A stretch of 64,000 nucleotides of DNA, taken from NCBI GenBank assembly GCA_043823065.1, contig JBDRBB010000001.1:96001-160000 (forward strand), read 5' to 3'. The position numbers and the translations under genes were made by a program. Positions 11,086 through 20,240 of this stretch are shown one piece after another; within the stretch, counting starts at the first letter, position 1, and the number at the start of each line of letters is the position of its first letter. The notes under the pieces are model-generated. The model was given only the letters and a program-made list of their open reading frames with translations. It did no database searches and had not been told where the DNA came from. This stretch comes from Pseudomonadota bacterium. Its GTDB lineage: Bacteria; UBA10199; 2-02-FULL-44-16; DYJF01.

Positions 11086-11532
11086 TTAGCGTTTTGAATA
11101 TTGTGGTTTTCTTCTTGCTTTTCTGCAACCAACTTTACGTCTTTCTTTTTCTCTAGCATCTCTGGTTAAGTAACCAGCATTTTTTAAGGGCTTGCGCAAA
11201 TCTGGATTCATCTCAATTAAAGCTCTGGCAATTCCATGACGGATAGCATCTGCTTGACCAGAAAGTCCGCCACCGCAAACATTGGCATAGATATCAAATT
11301 TACCTACTGTGCCAGTCACATCAAAAGCCTGATTAATAACAAGCTGTAAATTTTTGCGACCAAAATATTCTTCAGCAGCGTGCTCGTTAACATTAATTTT
11401 ACCATCGCCTGGGCGTAGATAAATTCTGGCAATTGAGGTTTTGCGTTTCCCAATAGCATGAAACTGAGTACGTTTCTTTTCTTTTGGTTTTCTTGTTGTC
11501 GGTGTTGCGATGGTAGTATCTGTTGCCTGCAT
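11086..11532 (-). CDS. rpsI: 30S ribosomal protein S9
   Basis: GKRKTSIAR, GGGLSGQA, C-terminal PQYSKR. Confidence 0.98.
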   Translation of the reverse strand: MQATDTTIATPTTRKPKEKKRTQFHAIGKRKTSIARIYLRPGDGKINVNEHAAEEYFGRKNLQLVINQAFDVTGTVGKFDIYANVCGGGLSGQADAIRHGIARALIEMNPDLRKPLKNAGYLTRDAREKERRKVGCRKARRKPQYSKR

Positions 11533-11546
11533 TAAAAACTCCTTAT

Positions 11547-11978
11547 TTACAATTCAATAGATTTTGGAGATTGGGCCACATGTGGATGATCAGCTCCAGA
11601 ATATATTTTTAGTTTTGCTAACTGATGTTTGGAAAGGGTGTTTTTTGGTAACATTCCCCAAACTGCGTCGCGAATTAAACGTTCTGGTTCTCTGTCTAAA
11701 ACTTCTTGAGCTGTCTTTTCTTTTAAACCGCCTGGATAGCCAGAATGATCATAGTACATTTTAGCATCCCATTTACGACCAGTTAGATGGACTTTGCTGG
11801 CATTAATGGCTATGACAAAACAACCTGTATCTATGTGAGGAGTAAAGGTAGCTTTATCTTTTCCTCTCAAGAGATTGGCAATTTTAGAAGCTGCTCGACC
11901 CAAAACTTTGTTTTCTAGGTCAACAATAACCCAATTTCTTTCAGTTTCTTGGGGGGTGGCGAAAAATGTTTTTTGCAT
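11547..11978 (-). CDS. rplM: 50S ribosomal protein L13
   Basis: LGRAASKIA..LRGK, HSGYPGGLK, GMLPKN. Confidence 0.98.
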   Translation of the reverse strand: MQKTFFATPQETERNWVIVDLENKVLGRAASKIANLLRGKDKATFTPHIDTGCFVIAINASKVHLTGRKWDAKMYYDHSGYPGGLKEKTAQEVLDREPERLIRDAVWGMLPKNTLSKHQLAKLKIYSGADHPHVAQSPKSIEL

Positions 11979-12047
11979 AGTTTTACCTCATTAGAGCTGC
12001 CAGCTTCTATAGGAGTTTGGCCCAGATGTCAAATAAAAATCGTATGG

Positions 12048-13205
12048 TTACGAGACTGGGGATAACTCCCTTAGACGCTTTACTATTCCTTGCATCTTTT
12101 CGATAATAAAGGACATTTCCTCTTTTGTATTAAAACGGCTCAGGCTGAAGCGGATAGAACCATGGGCCCTGGTAAAAGGTACTTTCATGGCCCTGAGCAC
12201 GTGAGAGGGCTCTAAAGAGCCGGAAGAGCAGGCTGAACCAGAGGAAGCACAAATCCCAAATTCATTTAGCATGAGCAAAATTGCCTCACCTTCAATGCTT
12301 TCAAAGCTAATATTGGCTGTATTGGGCAGGCGGTTTTGTTTATCGCCATTTAAGAATGATTTGGGGATGCTTTCTAAAAGTCCATTTTCAAGCTGATCTC
12401 GAAGATTTTTTACTTTGCCAGATTCCTCTTTCATGTATTTTTGAGCTAATTCACAGGCCTTGCTTAAGCCAATGATAGAGGGCACATTTAAGGTGCCAGC
12501 CCTGCGGCTTTGCTCGTGATGTCCGCCAATCAACCACGGCGCAAACTTTGTGCCGCGTTTAATATATAAAGCTCCAATGCCCTTTGGAGCATTAACTTTA
12601 TGGCCAGAAATGGCTAAATATGTAATAGGTGTTTTTTGTAAATCAATTGGAATTTTGCCAGCAGATTGCACTGCATCAGTATGAAAGGGGATACTTTTTT
12701 CTGCACAAATTTCAGCAATTTCCTGCATGGGAAAAATTACCCCTGTTTCATTATTGGCCCACATAATTGAGACAATAGCTGTATCATTTCTTAGGCTGGC
12801 CTTAAATTCTTCCAAGTCCAAATTTCCTTTTTCATCAACTCCTAGAAAAGTTACATTATATCCTTCTTTGTCTTGCAGATATTTACAAAGTTCTAAAACA
12901 GCAGGGTGTTCAACAGCAGTGGTTACAATATGTTTTTTATCAGGTTGAGTGATTAAGGCTGCGCGAATAGCTGTGTTATCACTTTCAGTACCGCAGCCAG
13001 TAAACACAATTTCACTAGGCCTGGAGGCTCCTAAAAAATTGGCAATATTTTCTCTGGCATCGTCAACGTGCTTGCCTACCTGACCGCCAAAACTATGCAT
13101 GCTGTTAGGATTGCCGTACAGTTTTCCAAAAAAAGGCAGCATGGCTTCAATGACTTCTGGGAGAACTTCTGTGGTCGCATTGTTATCAACATAAATAGTC
13201 TTCAC
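12048..13205 (-). CDS. nifS: Cysteine desulfurase
   Basis: DNNATT, HTDAVQ, SGHK (PLP Lys), SSGSACSSG. Confidence 0.95.
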   Translation of the reverse strand: MKTIYVDNNATTEVLPEVIEAMLPFFGKLYGNPNSMHSFGGQVGKHVDDARENIANFLGASRPSEIVFTGCGTESDNTAIRAALITQPDKKHIVTTAVEHPAVLELCKYLQDKEGYNVTFLGVDEKGNLDLEEFKASLRNDTAIVSIMWANNETGVIFPMQEIAEICAEKSIPFHTDAVQSAGKIPIDLQKTPITYLAISGHKVNAPKGIGALYIKRGTKFAPWLIGGHHEQSRRAGTLNVPSIIGLSKACELAQKYMKEESGKVKNLRDQLENGLLESIPKSFLNGDKQNRLPNTANISFESIEGEAILLMLNEFGICASSGSACSSGSLEPSHVLRAMKVPFTRAHGSIRFSLSRFNTKEEMSFIIEKMQGIVKRLRELSPVS

Positions 13206-14047
13206 TATTTAACCTCCTTAACTTTAATATCTGGGGAAATTTCTTTTTGCAGCTCTTTTTCAATAAAACTGCTAATGGTCATATCTGAATGAGGGCAAGA
13301 AGCGCAAGCACCTTTTAGGCGAATAAAAACAGTGTAATGATCTACATCTACAAGTTCCAAATCACCGCTATCATATTTTAGGGCAGGGCGGATGCGCTTA
13401 TTCATCAGCTCTTCCACGCGATGCATGATTTGCAAATTTGTCCATTCGTGTTTTTCTGTTGTTGTTGGCTGGACAGTTTGTTTGCCTTGAACTTTATCCA
13501 AAATATGCTGAATTTCCTCATGGCAAAGCTGGCAGCCGCCGCCAGCCTTGGTGTAATCAGTAACTTGTTCAATGGTGGTGAGATTATTTTCCTTGGCCAC
13601 GCGCTCAATTTCTTTGTCGGTTACGCCAAAACATTTACAAATTACTTTGCCTTCTAACTCATGTTTGACAGGTGCTTCGCCGCGATAGTTTTTAATTGCC
13701 GCTTCTAAAGCTTCCCGTCCCATAACTGAACAATGCATTTTTTCTTCAGGAAGGCCGCCTAAAAAATTGGCAATATCCCTGTTGGTGAGTTTTTCTGCTT
13801 GATCAAGGGTCAGGCCTTTGATCATTTCAGTTAAAGCAGAGCTGGAAGCAATTGCTGAAGCACAACCAAAAGTCTTGAACTTGGCATCTTTGATGTGTTT
13901 TTTTTCATTATCTAATTTAAATGTAAGCCGTAGCATATCACCGCAAGCCAAAGAGCCAACCTCGCCTGTGCCGTCTGGATTTTCTATCTCACCCACGTTT
14001 CTGGGGTGCAGGAAATGGTCAATAACCTTATCTGTATATTTCCACAT
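13205..14047 (-). CDS. nifU: Three-domain Fe-S scaffold NifU
   Basis: IscU domain (ACGD, FGCASA, KMHCS), BFD-like (CKCF...GGGCQLC), Nfu (GACASCP). Confidence 0.95.
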   Translation of the reverse strand: MWKYTDKVIDHFLHPRNVGEIENPDGTGEVGSLACGDMLRLTFKLDNEKKHIKDAKFKTFGCASAIASSSALTEMIKGLTLDQAEKLTNRDIANFLGGLPEEKMHCSVMGREALEAAIKNYRGEAPVKHELEGKVICKCFGVTDKEIERVAKENNLTTIEQVTDYTKAGGGCQLCHEEIQHILDKVQGKQTVQPTTTEKHEWTNLQIMHRVEELMNKRIRPALKYDSGDLELVDVDHYTVFIRLKGACASCPHSDMTISSFIEKELQKEISPDIKVKEVK

Positions 14048-14068
14048 AATTAAATCTCCTTTAAATTG

Positions 14069-14189
14069 CGTATTTTACTGAAGACTCTCGGCCGACTTTT
14101 CTCGCTTACTTCCAAACATTACGAATATACGATATTTGGTTGCAAGCCAGTGCGCTCGAAAAGCCGCCCTACGTCATCAGCAAAATACG
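14069..14189. repeat. Palindromic dispersed element, copy 2 (core 14078-14180, inverted relative to copy 1)
   Basis: Near-identical to 3001-3103; has its own outer stem CGTATTTTA/CAAAATACG. Confidence 0.85.
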
Positions 14190-14192
14190 ACA

Positions 14193-14654
14193 CTACAAAA
14201 TAGCTTTAATAAGCTCGGTCAATTCATCTTGGCGTTCATCCAAACATTTATGGCATTTATAATCATCAACTGGTTGATGGCATTTTTCGCAGCGTTTAAT
14301 AGCTAAAATGGAATCTTCCAGTTGTTTTATTCCAGCACGCAGCTTTTTTACTTTGGTTTCTAATTCGTTTTTGCGATTGAGCAGGGCAGCATGAAGCCTG
14401 GGCGATATATCATGGGGCGAACCTTGCTGACAAATCTTCAGGAGGTCTTTGATTTCATCTAGGGACATGCCTAGTTCTTTTAATAATAAAACAATTTTTA
14501 GACGATTTACTTGAGTATCATCATATACCCTAAATTTACCTTCGCTTCGGCTGGGTTTAATAAACCCAAGTTCCTCATAATAGCGAATAGTCCTCTGGGA
14601 TATACCTAAATTTTTGGCAATTTCCCCAATATAATAATTGAGCTGTTCTTCCAT
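14193..14654 (-). CDS. MerR-family transcriptional regulator with C-terminal CxxC-x8-CxxC
   Basis: IGEIAKNLGISQRTIRYYEELG HTH; CEKC..CHKC tail. Confidence 0.92.
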   Translation of the reverse strand: MEEQLNYYIGEIAKNLGISQRTIRYYEELGFIKPSRSEGKFRVYDDTQVNRLKIVLLLKELGMSLDEIKDLLKICQQGSPHDISPRLHAALLNRKNELETKVKKLRAGIKQLEDSILAIKRCEKCHQPVDDYKCHKCLDERQDELTELIKAIL

Positions 14655-14661
14655 AACTATT

Positions 14662-14691
14662 ATTATATTCCAACCTTAACGTTAATGTCAA
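14662..14691 (-). promoter_or_regulatory. merR promoter with dyad operator in the spacer, near-leaderless
   Basis: TTGACA-18-TATAAT-7-ATG; dyad ACATTAACGTTAAGGT overlapping the -35 and spacer. Confidence 0.65.
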
Positions 14692-14758
14692 TGTATGTTT
14701 AAAAGTCAGACGGACTAAATATTCAAGCATACAAAGCAGGTTGTACAACCTACGTTTT

Positions 14759-15427
14759 TTAAGCCCTACGGGCATGGGAAGGCAATTCCGAGGTACTTGC
14801 AGAAGCAAAGATATTAATCATAGATTGGGTATAACCCAAGACATTTGGTACATAGGCTTGGGTTTCCTTAAAAGGTGGGATTTTATTGCCATATTTTTCT
14901 ACATTGCCTTCACCAGCATTGTAACCGGCCAAGGCTAAGTCCATTTTGCCGTCAAACCTGTCTAATAGCCAGCGCAGGTATTTGGTGCCGCCCTCAATAT
15001 TCTGGGCAGGGTCAAATACATCTTTTACACCAAAACGCTTGGCAGTTGCTGGCATGAGCTGCATTAAACCTTTGGCTCCAGCATGGGAAACTGCCTTGGC
15101 TTTGCCCCCAGATTCTTGCAAAATTACCCCGCAAATTAGTTCAACTGGTACATTATGTTTTGCAGCCATATCTTGAATAATTGGAGCATATTTTGCTAAA
15201 CGGTTGGCTTGAGTGGCAGTGATATTTTTAGGTCTATTGGAAACAACCGGTGGCCTAAATCTTTGCCCTGTTTTACGAAATTCTTGTCTGGAAGAATGCT
15301 GTTCTTTTGAGCTTGCTTGCTCAACTTTCTGAGCAAATTCACCACTATTTTTTACCTGATTTCGATATGTTAGGTATTTATTAAAGTGCTGAACTAACTG
15401 TTTTGAATCAACTTTTGTGTTTTGCAT
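14759..15427 (-). CDS. Lytic transglycosylase (SLT domain)
   Basis: QESG, GAKGLMQLMPATA, AGYNAG, ETQAYV; start could be 15436. Confidence 0.93.
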   Translation of the reverse strand: MQNTKVDSKQLVQHFNKYLTYRNQVKNSGEFAQKVEQASSKEQHSSRQEFRKTGQRFRPPVVSNRPKNITATQANRLAKYAPIIQDMAAKHNVPVELICGVILQESGGKAKAVSHAGAKGLMQLMPATAKRFGVKDVFDPAQNIEGGTKYLRWLLDRFDGKMDLALAGYNAGEGNVEKYGNKIPPFKETQAYVPNVLGYTQSMINIFASASTSELPSHARRA

Positions 15428-15458
15428 AAAATACACCCCTAATTAGGGTTCCAATAGT

Positions 15459-15488
15459 ATTATCGGTTCAGAAGGGGGTAGAAGTTGC
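15459..15488 (-). promoter_or_regulatory. Possible sigma28-like promoter of the SLT gene
   Basis: Minus strand GCAACT...ACCGATAAT; the -10 matches the FliA-type CCGATAA, the -35 is non-canonical. Confidence 0.4.
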
Positions 15489-15505
15489 TAAAAAAATGCA
15501 TAATT

Positions 15506-17176
15506 CTATGGATTCACTATAGTTCTTGGTCCAGCTGGTTTTTCTTCAGGCTTTTCTTCTGGTTTTTCAATAGGTTGTTCGGCTGGAGCTGGCTCTGGTT
15601 TAATTGGTGCAATTGTGCTTTTGCCATCATTTACATAGAAGAACCGCTGTTCTTTTAATTGCCGATCAGAATGTTTATCGCGCAAGGTAACAGTAACTGT
15701 ATAACGACCAAGCAAGGCATTTTTGGGTAAAATAATGTTGTTAGTTAACTGCACAGGCTTGCCTTCATTTGCTAGATCATAATAATCAATCACATTTTCT
15801 AATTTCAAACCAATGCTATTGTCTGGATAGCGTACTTGTAGATCTTCTTGAACCCAGGCCTTACCACCTTCAATTTCATAGCCAATAACATCAAATACTA
15901 AATAAACTTCTTCGCCTTGCTTGAACACTGCAGGTTTACGAATTTGGTTTGGATCATTAACTGCAAATTCAAAATTACTTATGCTTAAACTTTTGGTTGT
16001 AGTGCCGCCTAATTTGGAAACTCCGCCAGTGTGATAACTTAAGGCAGGGAGAAAATTAATCCGAAAAGAACTGCTTAAATAATTGTTGCGGTTTTCCTGG
16101 CCAGCAAAAAATAGCATGGCAATCACCACTAGGGTTATCACTGCTCCAATTAGACCCTTAAGCTGTCTTGGTATTTTAATCACCAAAGTGCCGGCCAGTA
16201 AATCGCCTAAACGTTGCTTGCGCACAGAAATTAGAATGCTTAGAAAACCAAAAAAGTTAGTATCAAGGACGCGGGCAATAGTGCGCATAAGAGCGCTGCT
16301 AAAGTCAACACCAGGGCCTTGCTCCAGACAAATAGTATAACCAAACAAAAGCTTGCCTACAGTGGTTCCGGTTAGACCTTCTTGTAAGGCAAAAAACAGA
16401 ATCATGAACACAGGCAGAAGGACTACCAATATCATGCTGGCCAAAGGTTCATCTGGGTTCAAAAGAAGGGCATAGCTTGCCAGAAACGCGCCAAATAATA
16501 TTAAATCAATAATCATTGCGCCTAAACGCCCAGAAGCAGAAGCCAGCATATCCATGGTTAAAGCATATTGGCGACTGGGTTTGCCGAGTTTTTTGATCAC
16601 CACTGTCTGACCGGCAAAATCGCCCAAGCGTTGATGCCAACCGGTTTTTTCCATGATCACAAAACCAAGGGCCAAGGCGCATAAAATTAAATCAATAATT
16701 CTTAGCAAGTTGCGCCAAAAAACACCTGAAATAGTGGCCTGATTACCACTAGCATCGCGCACAGCCAGATGGCAGATGAGCTTGCCCACAGAAGCAAACA
16801 AGACTCCTTCTAAAAGAAAGAAATAGACAAAAGCGAGTAAGAGAAAAATTCCGTGAAAGATTAAGGCATGCATGCCCAAGGTTGGGATGGGGCCCAAAGG
16901 AGCGCCAAAAACAATAAAGCGATAAGCCAGTAAAAGCGGCCAATATAAAACAAACAGAACTATTGCATCGATGATAAAGGCTGCCAGGCGGTCTTTCAAA
17001 GGAGCTAATAAAAATCCACCTGCAGATTTTTCCTCTTCTTTGCTTATCATTTCTAAACTGGTTTCAGCAGAAACTTCCTCTGCTGGGGTATTTTCTTCAG
17101 GTTCCAAATCTGGATCAACATCAGAAACATCAATTAAATCTGTGTTTTCTTTGACTTGGTTTACATTGTCTACCAT
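15506..17176 (-). CDS. Membrane protein with tandem RDD domains and a C-terminal soluble beta-rich domain
   Basis: Two RLAAFIID / RLGAMIID ... QRLGD(F/L)xxxTxV repeats; AGGAG RBS before ATG 17176. Confidence 0.85.
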   Translation of the reverse strand: MVDNVNQVKENTDLIDVSDVDPDLEPEENTPAEEVSAETSLEMISKEEEKSAGGFLLAPLKDRLAAFIIDAIVLFVLYWPLLLAYRFIVFGAPLGPIPTLGMHALIFHGIFLLLAFVYFFLLEGVLFASVGKLICHLAVRDASGNQATISGVFWRNLLRIIDLILCALALGFVIMEKTGWHQRLGDFAGQTVVIKKLGKPSRQYALTMDMLASASGRLGAMIIDLILFGAFLASYALLLNPDEPLASMILVVLLPVFMILFFALQEGLTGTTVGKLLFGYTICLEQGPGVDFSSALMRTIARVLDTNFFGFLSILISVRKQRLGDLLAGTLVIKIPRQLKGLIGAVITLVVIAMLFFAGQENRNNYLSSSFRINFLPALSYHTGGVSKLGGTTTKSLSISNFEFAVNDPNQIRKPAVFKQGEEVYLVFDVIGYEIEGGKAWVQEDLQVRYPDNSIGLKLENVIDYYDLANEGKPVQLTNNIILPKNALLGRYTVTVTLRDKHSDRQLKEQRFFYVNDGKSTIAPIKPEPAPAEQPIEKPEEKPEEKPAGPRTIVNP

Positions 17177-17190
17177 GGCCACTCCTTATG

Positions 17191-17249
17191 CTTCGAGCGA
17201 GTGAAGCGAGTCGAGAAGCTATTAATATTCTTCTCGACTGAGCTCGAAG
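17191..17249. repeat. REP-like inverted pair
   Basis: CTTCGAGC..AGTCGAGAAG / CTTCTCGACT..GCTCGAAG intergenic palindrome. Confidence 0.65.
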
Positions 17250-17253
17250 AATA

Positions 17254-17991
17254 TTATGAATTCAAATATTTTTTTGCAAAACCAATATCATCAGTTATGA
17301 TGCTATCTACTTCCAACTCAATGCAACGTTTGAAATCCTCTTCTTTATTTACAGTCCAAGCTGAAACTTTTTTGCCTTGTTCCTGCAATTTTTTTACACG
17401 TGATTTTTTTAGCAATGGATAATATACATGATATTCTGCCACATCTAGATATTTATCATAAATATTGGATCTTAAAAAGGAAAAAGGTTTATTGCGTACA
17501 ATAATTGCTCGTCTTAAATTAGGTGTTAATTTTTTTAGGTGATAGAGGATTTTAGGACTTCTACTGGAAATAGTGATTGGTTGCCGAAATCTAAAATCAG
17601 AAACAATGCCTCCGACAAGTTGAGCAACATGAAAAGCCAAACCTGGCTGAGGTTTTATTTCACAAATAATGGAAATATCATGCGGCTGGAGTAGTTCAAA
17701 GACCTCAGTTAAGGTAGGTACAGTGATATGAGAAAAAGACAAACGAAAATGACTGCCAAAATCCAAACTTTTTATTATGGAAAAAGTGGTTTTATGCACA
17801 AATCCTTCATTAGGAGTAAGAATAGAGAGATCATTATCGTGAGTTACTATTGGTACGCGATCTTTGGTTAAGACCACGTCAAATTCAATGCCATCGCAGC
17901 CTAGTTCTAAGGCGCGTCTAAAAGCAGGAATAGTATTTTCCGGCGCTTCCCGCTTTGCTCCTCTATGGGCAATTAACTTAGGTTTGATCAT
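17254..17991 (-). CDS. Glycerophosphodiester phosphodiesterase
   Basis: IAHRG, PENT, IEFDV, THD, WTVN, IITD; start moved behind an AGGAG RBS. Confidence 0.92.
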   Translation of the reverse strand: MIKPKLIAHRGAKREAPENTIPAFRRALELGCDGIEFDVVLTKDRVPIVTHDNDLSILTPNEGFVHKTTFSIIKSLDFGSHFRLSFSHITVPTLTEVFELLQPHDISIICEIKPQPGLAFHVAQLVGGIVSDFRFRQPITISSRSPKILYHLKKLTPNLRRAIIVRNKPFSFLRSNIYDKYLDVAEYHVYYPLLKKSRVKKLQEQGKKVSAWTVNKEEDFKRCIELEVDSIITDDIGFAKKYLNS

Positions 17992-17992
17992 T

Positions 17993-18730
17993 CTAACTCC
18001 TATCAAAGTTCCCTAATTCATATTGTACAATTGCTAAACTTGCTATAGCGGCGGTTTCTACACGTAAAATTTGTGAACCCAAGCTAACTGAACTTGCTCC
18101 GTTCTTTCTGGCTAATTCAACTTCTGACTTGGTAAATCCGCCTTCAGGGCCGATGATTAATAAGACTTGAGACTTGAGGCCTGAGAGTTGAGACTCAAGG
18201 CTATTCTTTGTTTCTCCCTCCCAGAATAATAATGTTTTTTCATATTTAGAAAAAGAAGCGCAAAGCTTTTCAAAATTTAGGGAAGCATTGACTTTGGGAA
18301 TAAACGGCAAGCCAGACTGTTTGGCAGCTTCCACAGCAATTTTTTGCCAACGCTCCAATTTTTTTGGTCCCAGGCTGGTTGTGAATTTAGGAATGGTGCG
18401 CTCTGAAAAGAATGGATATAAATGATGGCAACCAAGTTCCACTGCTTTTTGGATAATATATTCAGTGCGGTCATGTTTGATAATAGCAAAGGCCAGAGCA
18501 GGGCAAGGGTTGTTAAACTTGTAGCTAATTTCAGCCAAAATTTTAAGTTTAACTTGGCGGCCCTTGATTTCAGTTATTTCTGATTTATAAGACCTTCCTT
18601 GGCCATCTGCCAAGATTAGCCAATCACCTTTTTTTAGACGCAAAACATCTGCGATATGATGAGCTTCTGGCCCTTTTATTTCAACTGTTTCATTCAGAAT
18701 TAAAGGTTGTTGAATAAAAAATTGAGGCAT
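17993..18730 (-). CDS. rsmE: 16S rRNA m3U1498 methyltransferase
   Basis: HHIADVLR, QKAVELG, IGPEGGFT, LRVETAA. Confidence 0.96.
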   Translation of the reverse strand: MPQFFIQQPLILNETVEIKGPEAHHIADVLRLKKGDWLILADGQGRSYKSEITEIKGRQVKLKILAEISYKFNNPCPALAFAIIKHDRTEYIIQKAVELGCHHLYPFFSERTIPKFTTSLGPKKLERWQKIAVEAAKQSGLPFIPKVNASLNFEKLCASFSKYEKTLLFWEGETKNSLESQLSGLKSQVLLIIGPEGGFTKSEVELARKNGASSVSLGSQILRVETAAIASLAIVQYELGNFDRS

Positions 18731-18790
18731 AGATTGCCTATCTTTTTATCATGTGTTAATGTTTAGAGCAAGTAAGCAAAAGGAGGAAGT

Positions 18791-19462
18791 ATGAATAATG
18801 TGCAATATGTTCCTTGGGATGCCGAACAGAAAACTGATTGGATAAAAGCTTTTTTCCATACATTGAAGAACTCTTTGCTTAAACCTATGGAGTTTTTTGC
18901 AGAAGTAGCTCAAGGTGAAAGTTTTTTTTGGCCCTTGATCTACGCGATAATTATTGGAGTAGTGGTCTTTATCGTTAATCTGGCTTATCAAATTGGATTT
19001 AACCTGGGTTTTGCTGGTCTGAATGTGCCTTGGGCCAGTACGATCAATCAATTGCCTGCAGGTTTTTTCGCAGGTTATCTATTTGTTGCTTCAGCTATTT
19101 TTGCTGTTTTAGTTGGTATGCCTGCGCTTACAACTTTAGGATTACTAGTTGAAGCAGCTCTTTTACATCTGTGTTTGCTAATTATTCGTTCAGCTAAAAG
19201 AGATTTTAAAGCCACATTTCGAATGATTTGTTACTGCATGGGTCCGCACATAATAACTGTTGTGCCATTTGTTGGTAGTTTAGTTGGCGCAGCCTGGGTT
19301 TTTTGTTTAACCATAATTGGTACTAAAATTGTGCATGAAACATCTTATGGCCGAGCTATTCTAGCTGTGTTTTTACCTGTAATTTTTTGTTGCAGTGCAG
19401 TTTTTTTGTTTGGAGCAACTATTGCTGGGGGCTTGTTTGCAGCGTTTCTGGCTGGGCGTTAA
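18791..19462 (+). CDS. YIP1-family membrane protein
   Basis: VPW...FFHTLK..LLKPMEFF start and about five TM helices; GGAGG RBS. Confidence 0.8.
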   Translation: MNNVQYVPWDAEQKTDWIKAFFHTLKNSLLKPMEFFAEVAQGESFFWPLIYAIIIGVVVFIVNLAYQIGFNLGFAGLNVPWASTINQLPAGFFAGYLFVASAIFAVLVGMPALTTLGLLVEAALLHLCLLIIRSAKRDFKATFRMICYCMGPHIITVVPFVGSLVGAAWVFCLTIIGTKIVHETSYGRAILAVFLPVIFCCSAVFLFGATIAGGLFAAFLAGR

Positions 19463-20228
19463 TTGGTGCAAAACCTTTAAGCCGCATTTCATCTAAAATT
19501 TCCAGGGCTGCTGGGTCAGCACCTATCTGCAGCAAAGTTTGTTTTAGCTCATCTATATGCTTTGACGTAGTGCCAAATAAAATCACCCTGGCTGTTGGTA
19601 CAGGCTTAGATTCCTCTAAAATTTTTATTTCTTTAGTCCAAGGTAAATCCATTTTTTTAAAGGTATAAGCTTCAGTGGGTGTTAAAATTGCATAGGCATT
19701 TAATTTTCCTTCAGCTATTTTTTTAAGTTCAAATAAAATTTGATTGGTTGCTTTAGCAGGAATATTTTTTGCAGTTTCAAACTGCAAATGATTTAAGATA
19801 AAATCTGAACTTAAAGGTTCACTAGATAAAATCAGCGCTGGCTTAAATTCGCTTTTCATTTTTTTCACTAAAATATATTTTTCCTCTGTTTTGCCGCTAG
19901 GAAAGGGCCTGGTTGCTAACCAGGGTTGAGCTGCAGAGATCTTGCCTTTGTTTTCTATCCAGGCAGAAAAACTAATAATGCCTAAAAGTGGTTTTTGCTG
20001 CTTAATAAAATTTAAACCCTCTTTAGTTGTATTAAAATAAGTGGCTTGTAATTTAAGCTGGGGGATTTTATTGGCTAGATAATTTATAAACTCATCTAAG
20101 ATGGGTTGAGCTTCAGTTGAACTTCCAGCTTCACCAGGATACCAAAACAGGACTTTGCTATTGGCCAAGCCAGATTTGGCAGCAACTATAATTACAAAAA
20201 AAATAAATATAAATGAAGCTTTTTTCAT
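19419..20228 (-). CDS. Exported protein, possibly a substrate-binding (PhnD-like) fold
   Basis: N-terminal signal peptide; C-terminal pattern reminiscent of phosphonate-binding proteins (weak). Confidence 0.55.
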   Translation of the reverse strand: MKKASFIFIFFVIIVAAKSGLANSKVLFWYPGEAGSSTEAQPILDEFINYLANKIPQLKLQATYFNTTKEGLNFIKQQKPLLGIISFSAWIENKGKISAAQPWLATRPFPSGKTEEKYILVKKMKSEFKPALILSSEPLSSDFILNHLQFETAKNIPAKATNQILFELKKIAEGKLNAYAILTPTEAYTFKKMDLPWTKEIKILEESKPVPTARVILFGTTSKHIDELKQTLLQIGADPAALEILDEMRLKGFAPINAQPETLQTSPQQ

Positions 20229-20240
20229 TATTCTTAATTC

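Noticed and set aside
12048..14047. Nitrogen fixation locus
   Set aside because: nifU-nifS without nifHDK is a housekeeping Fe-S assembly system.
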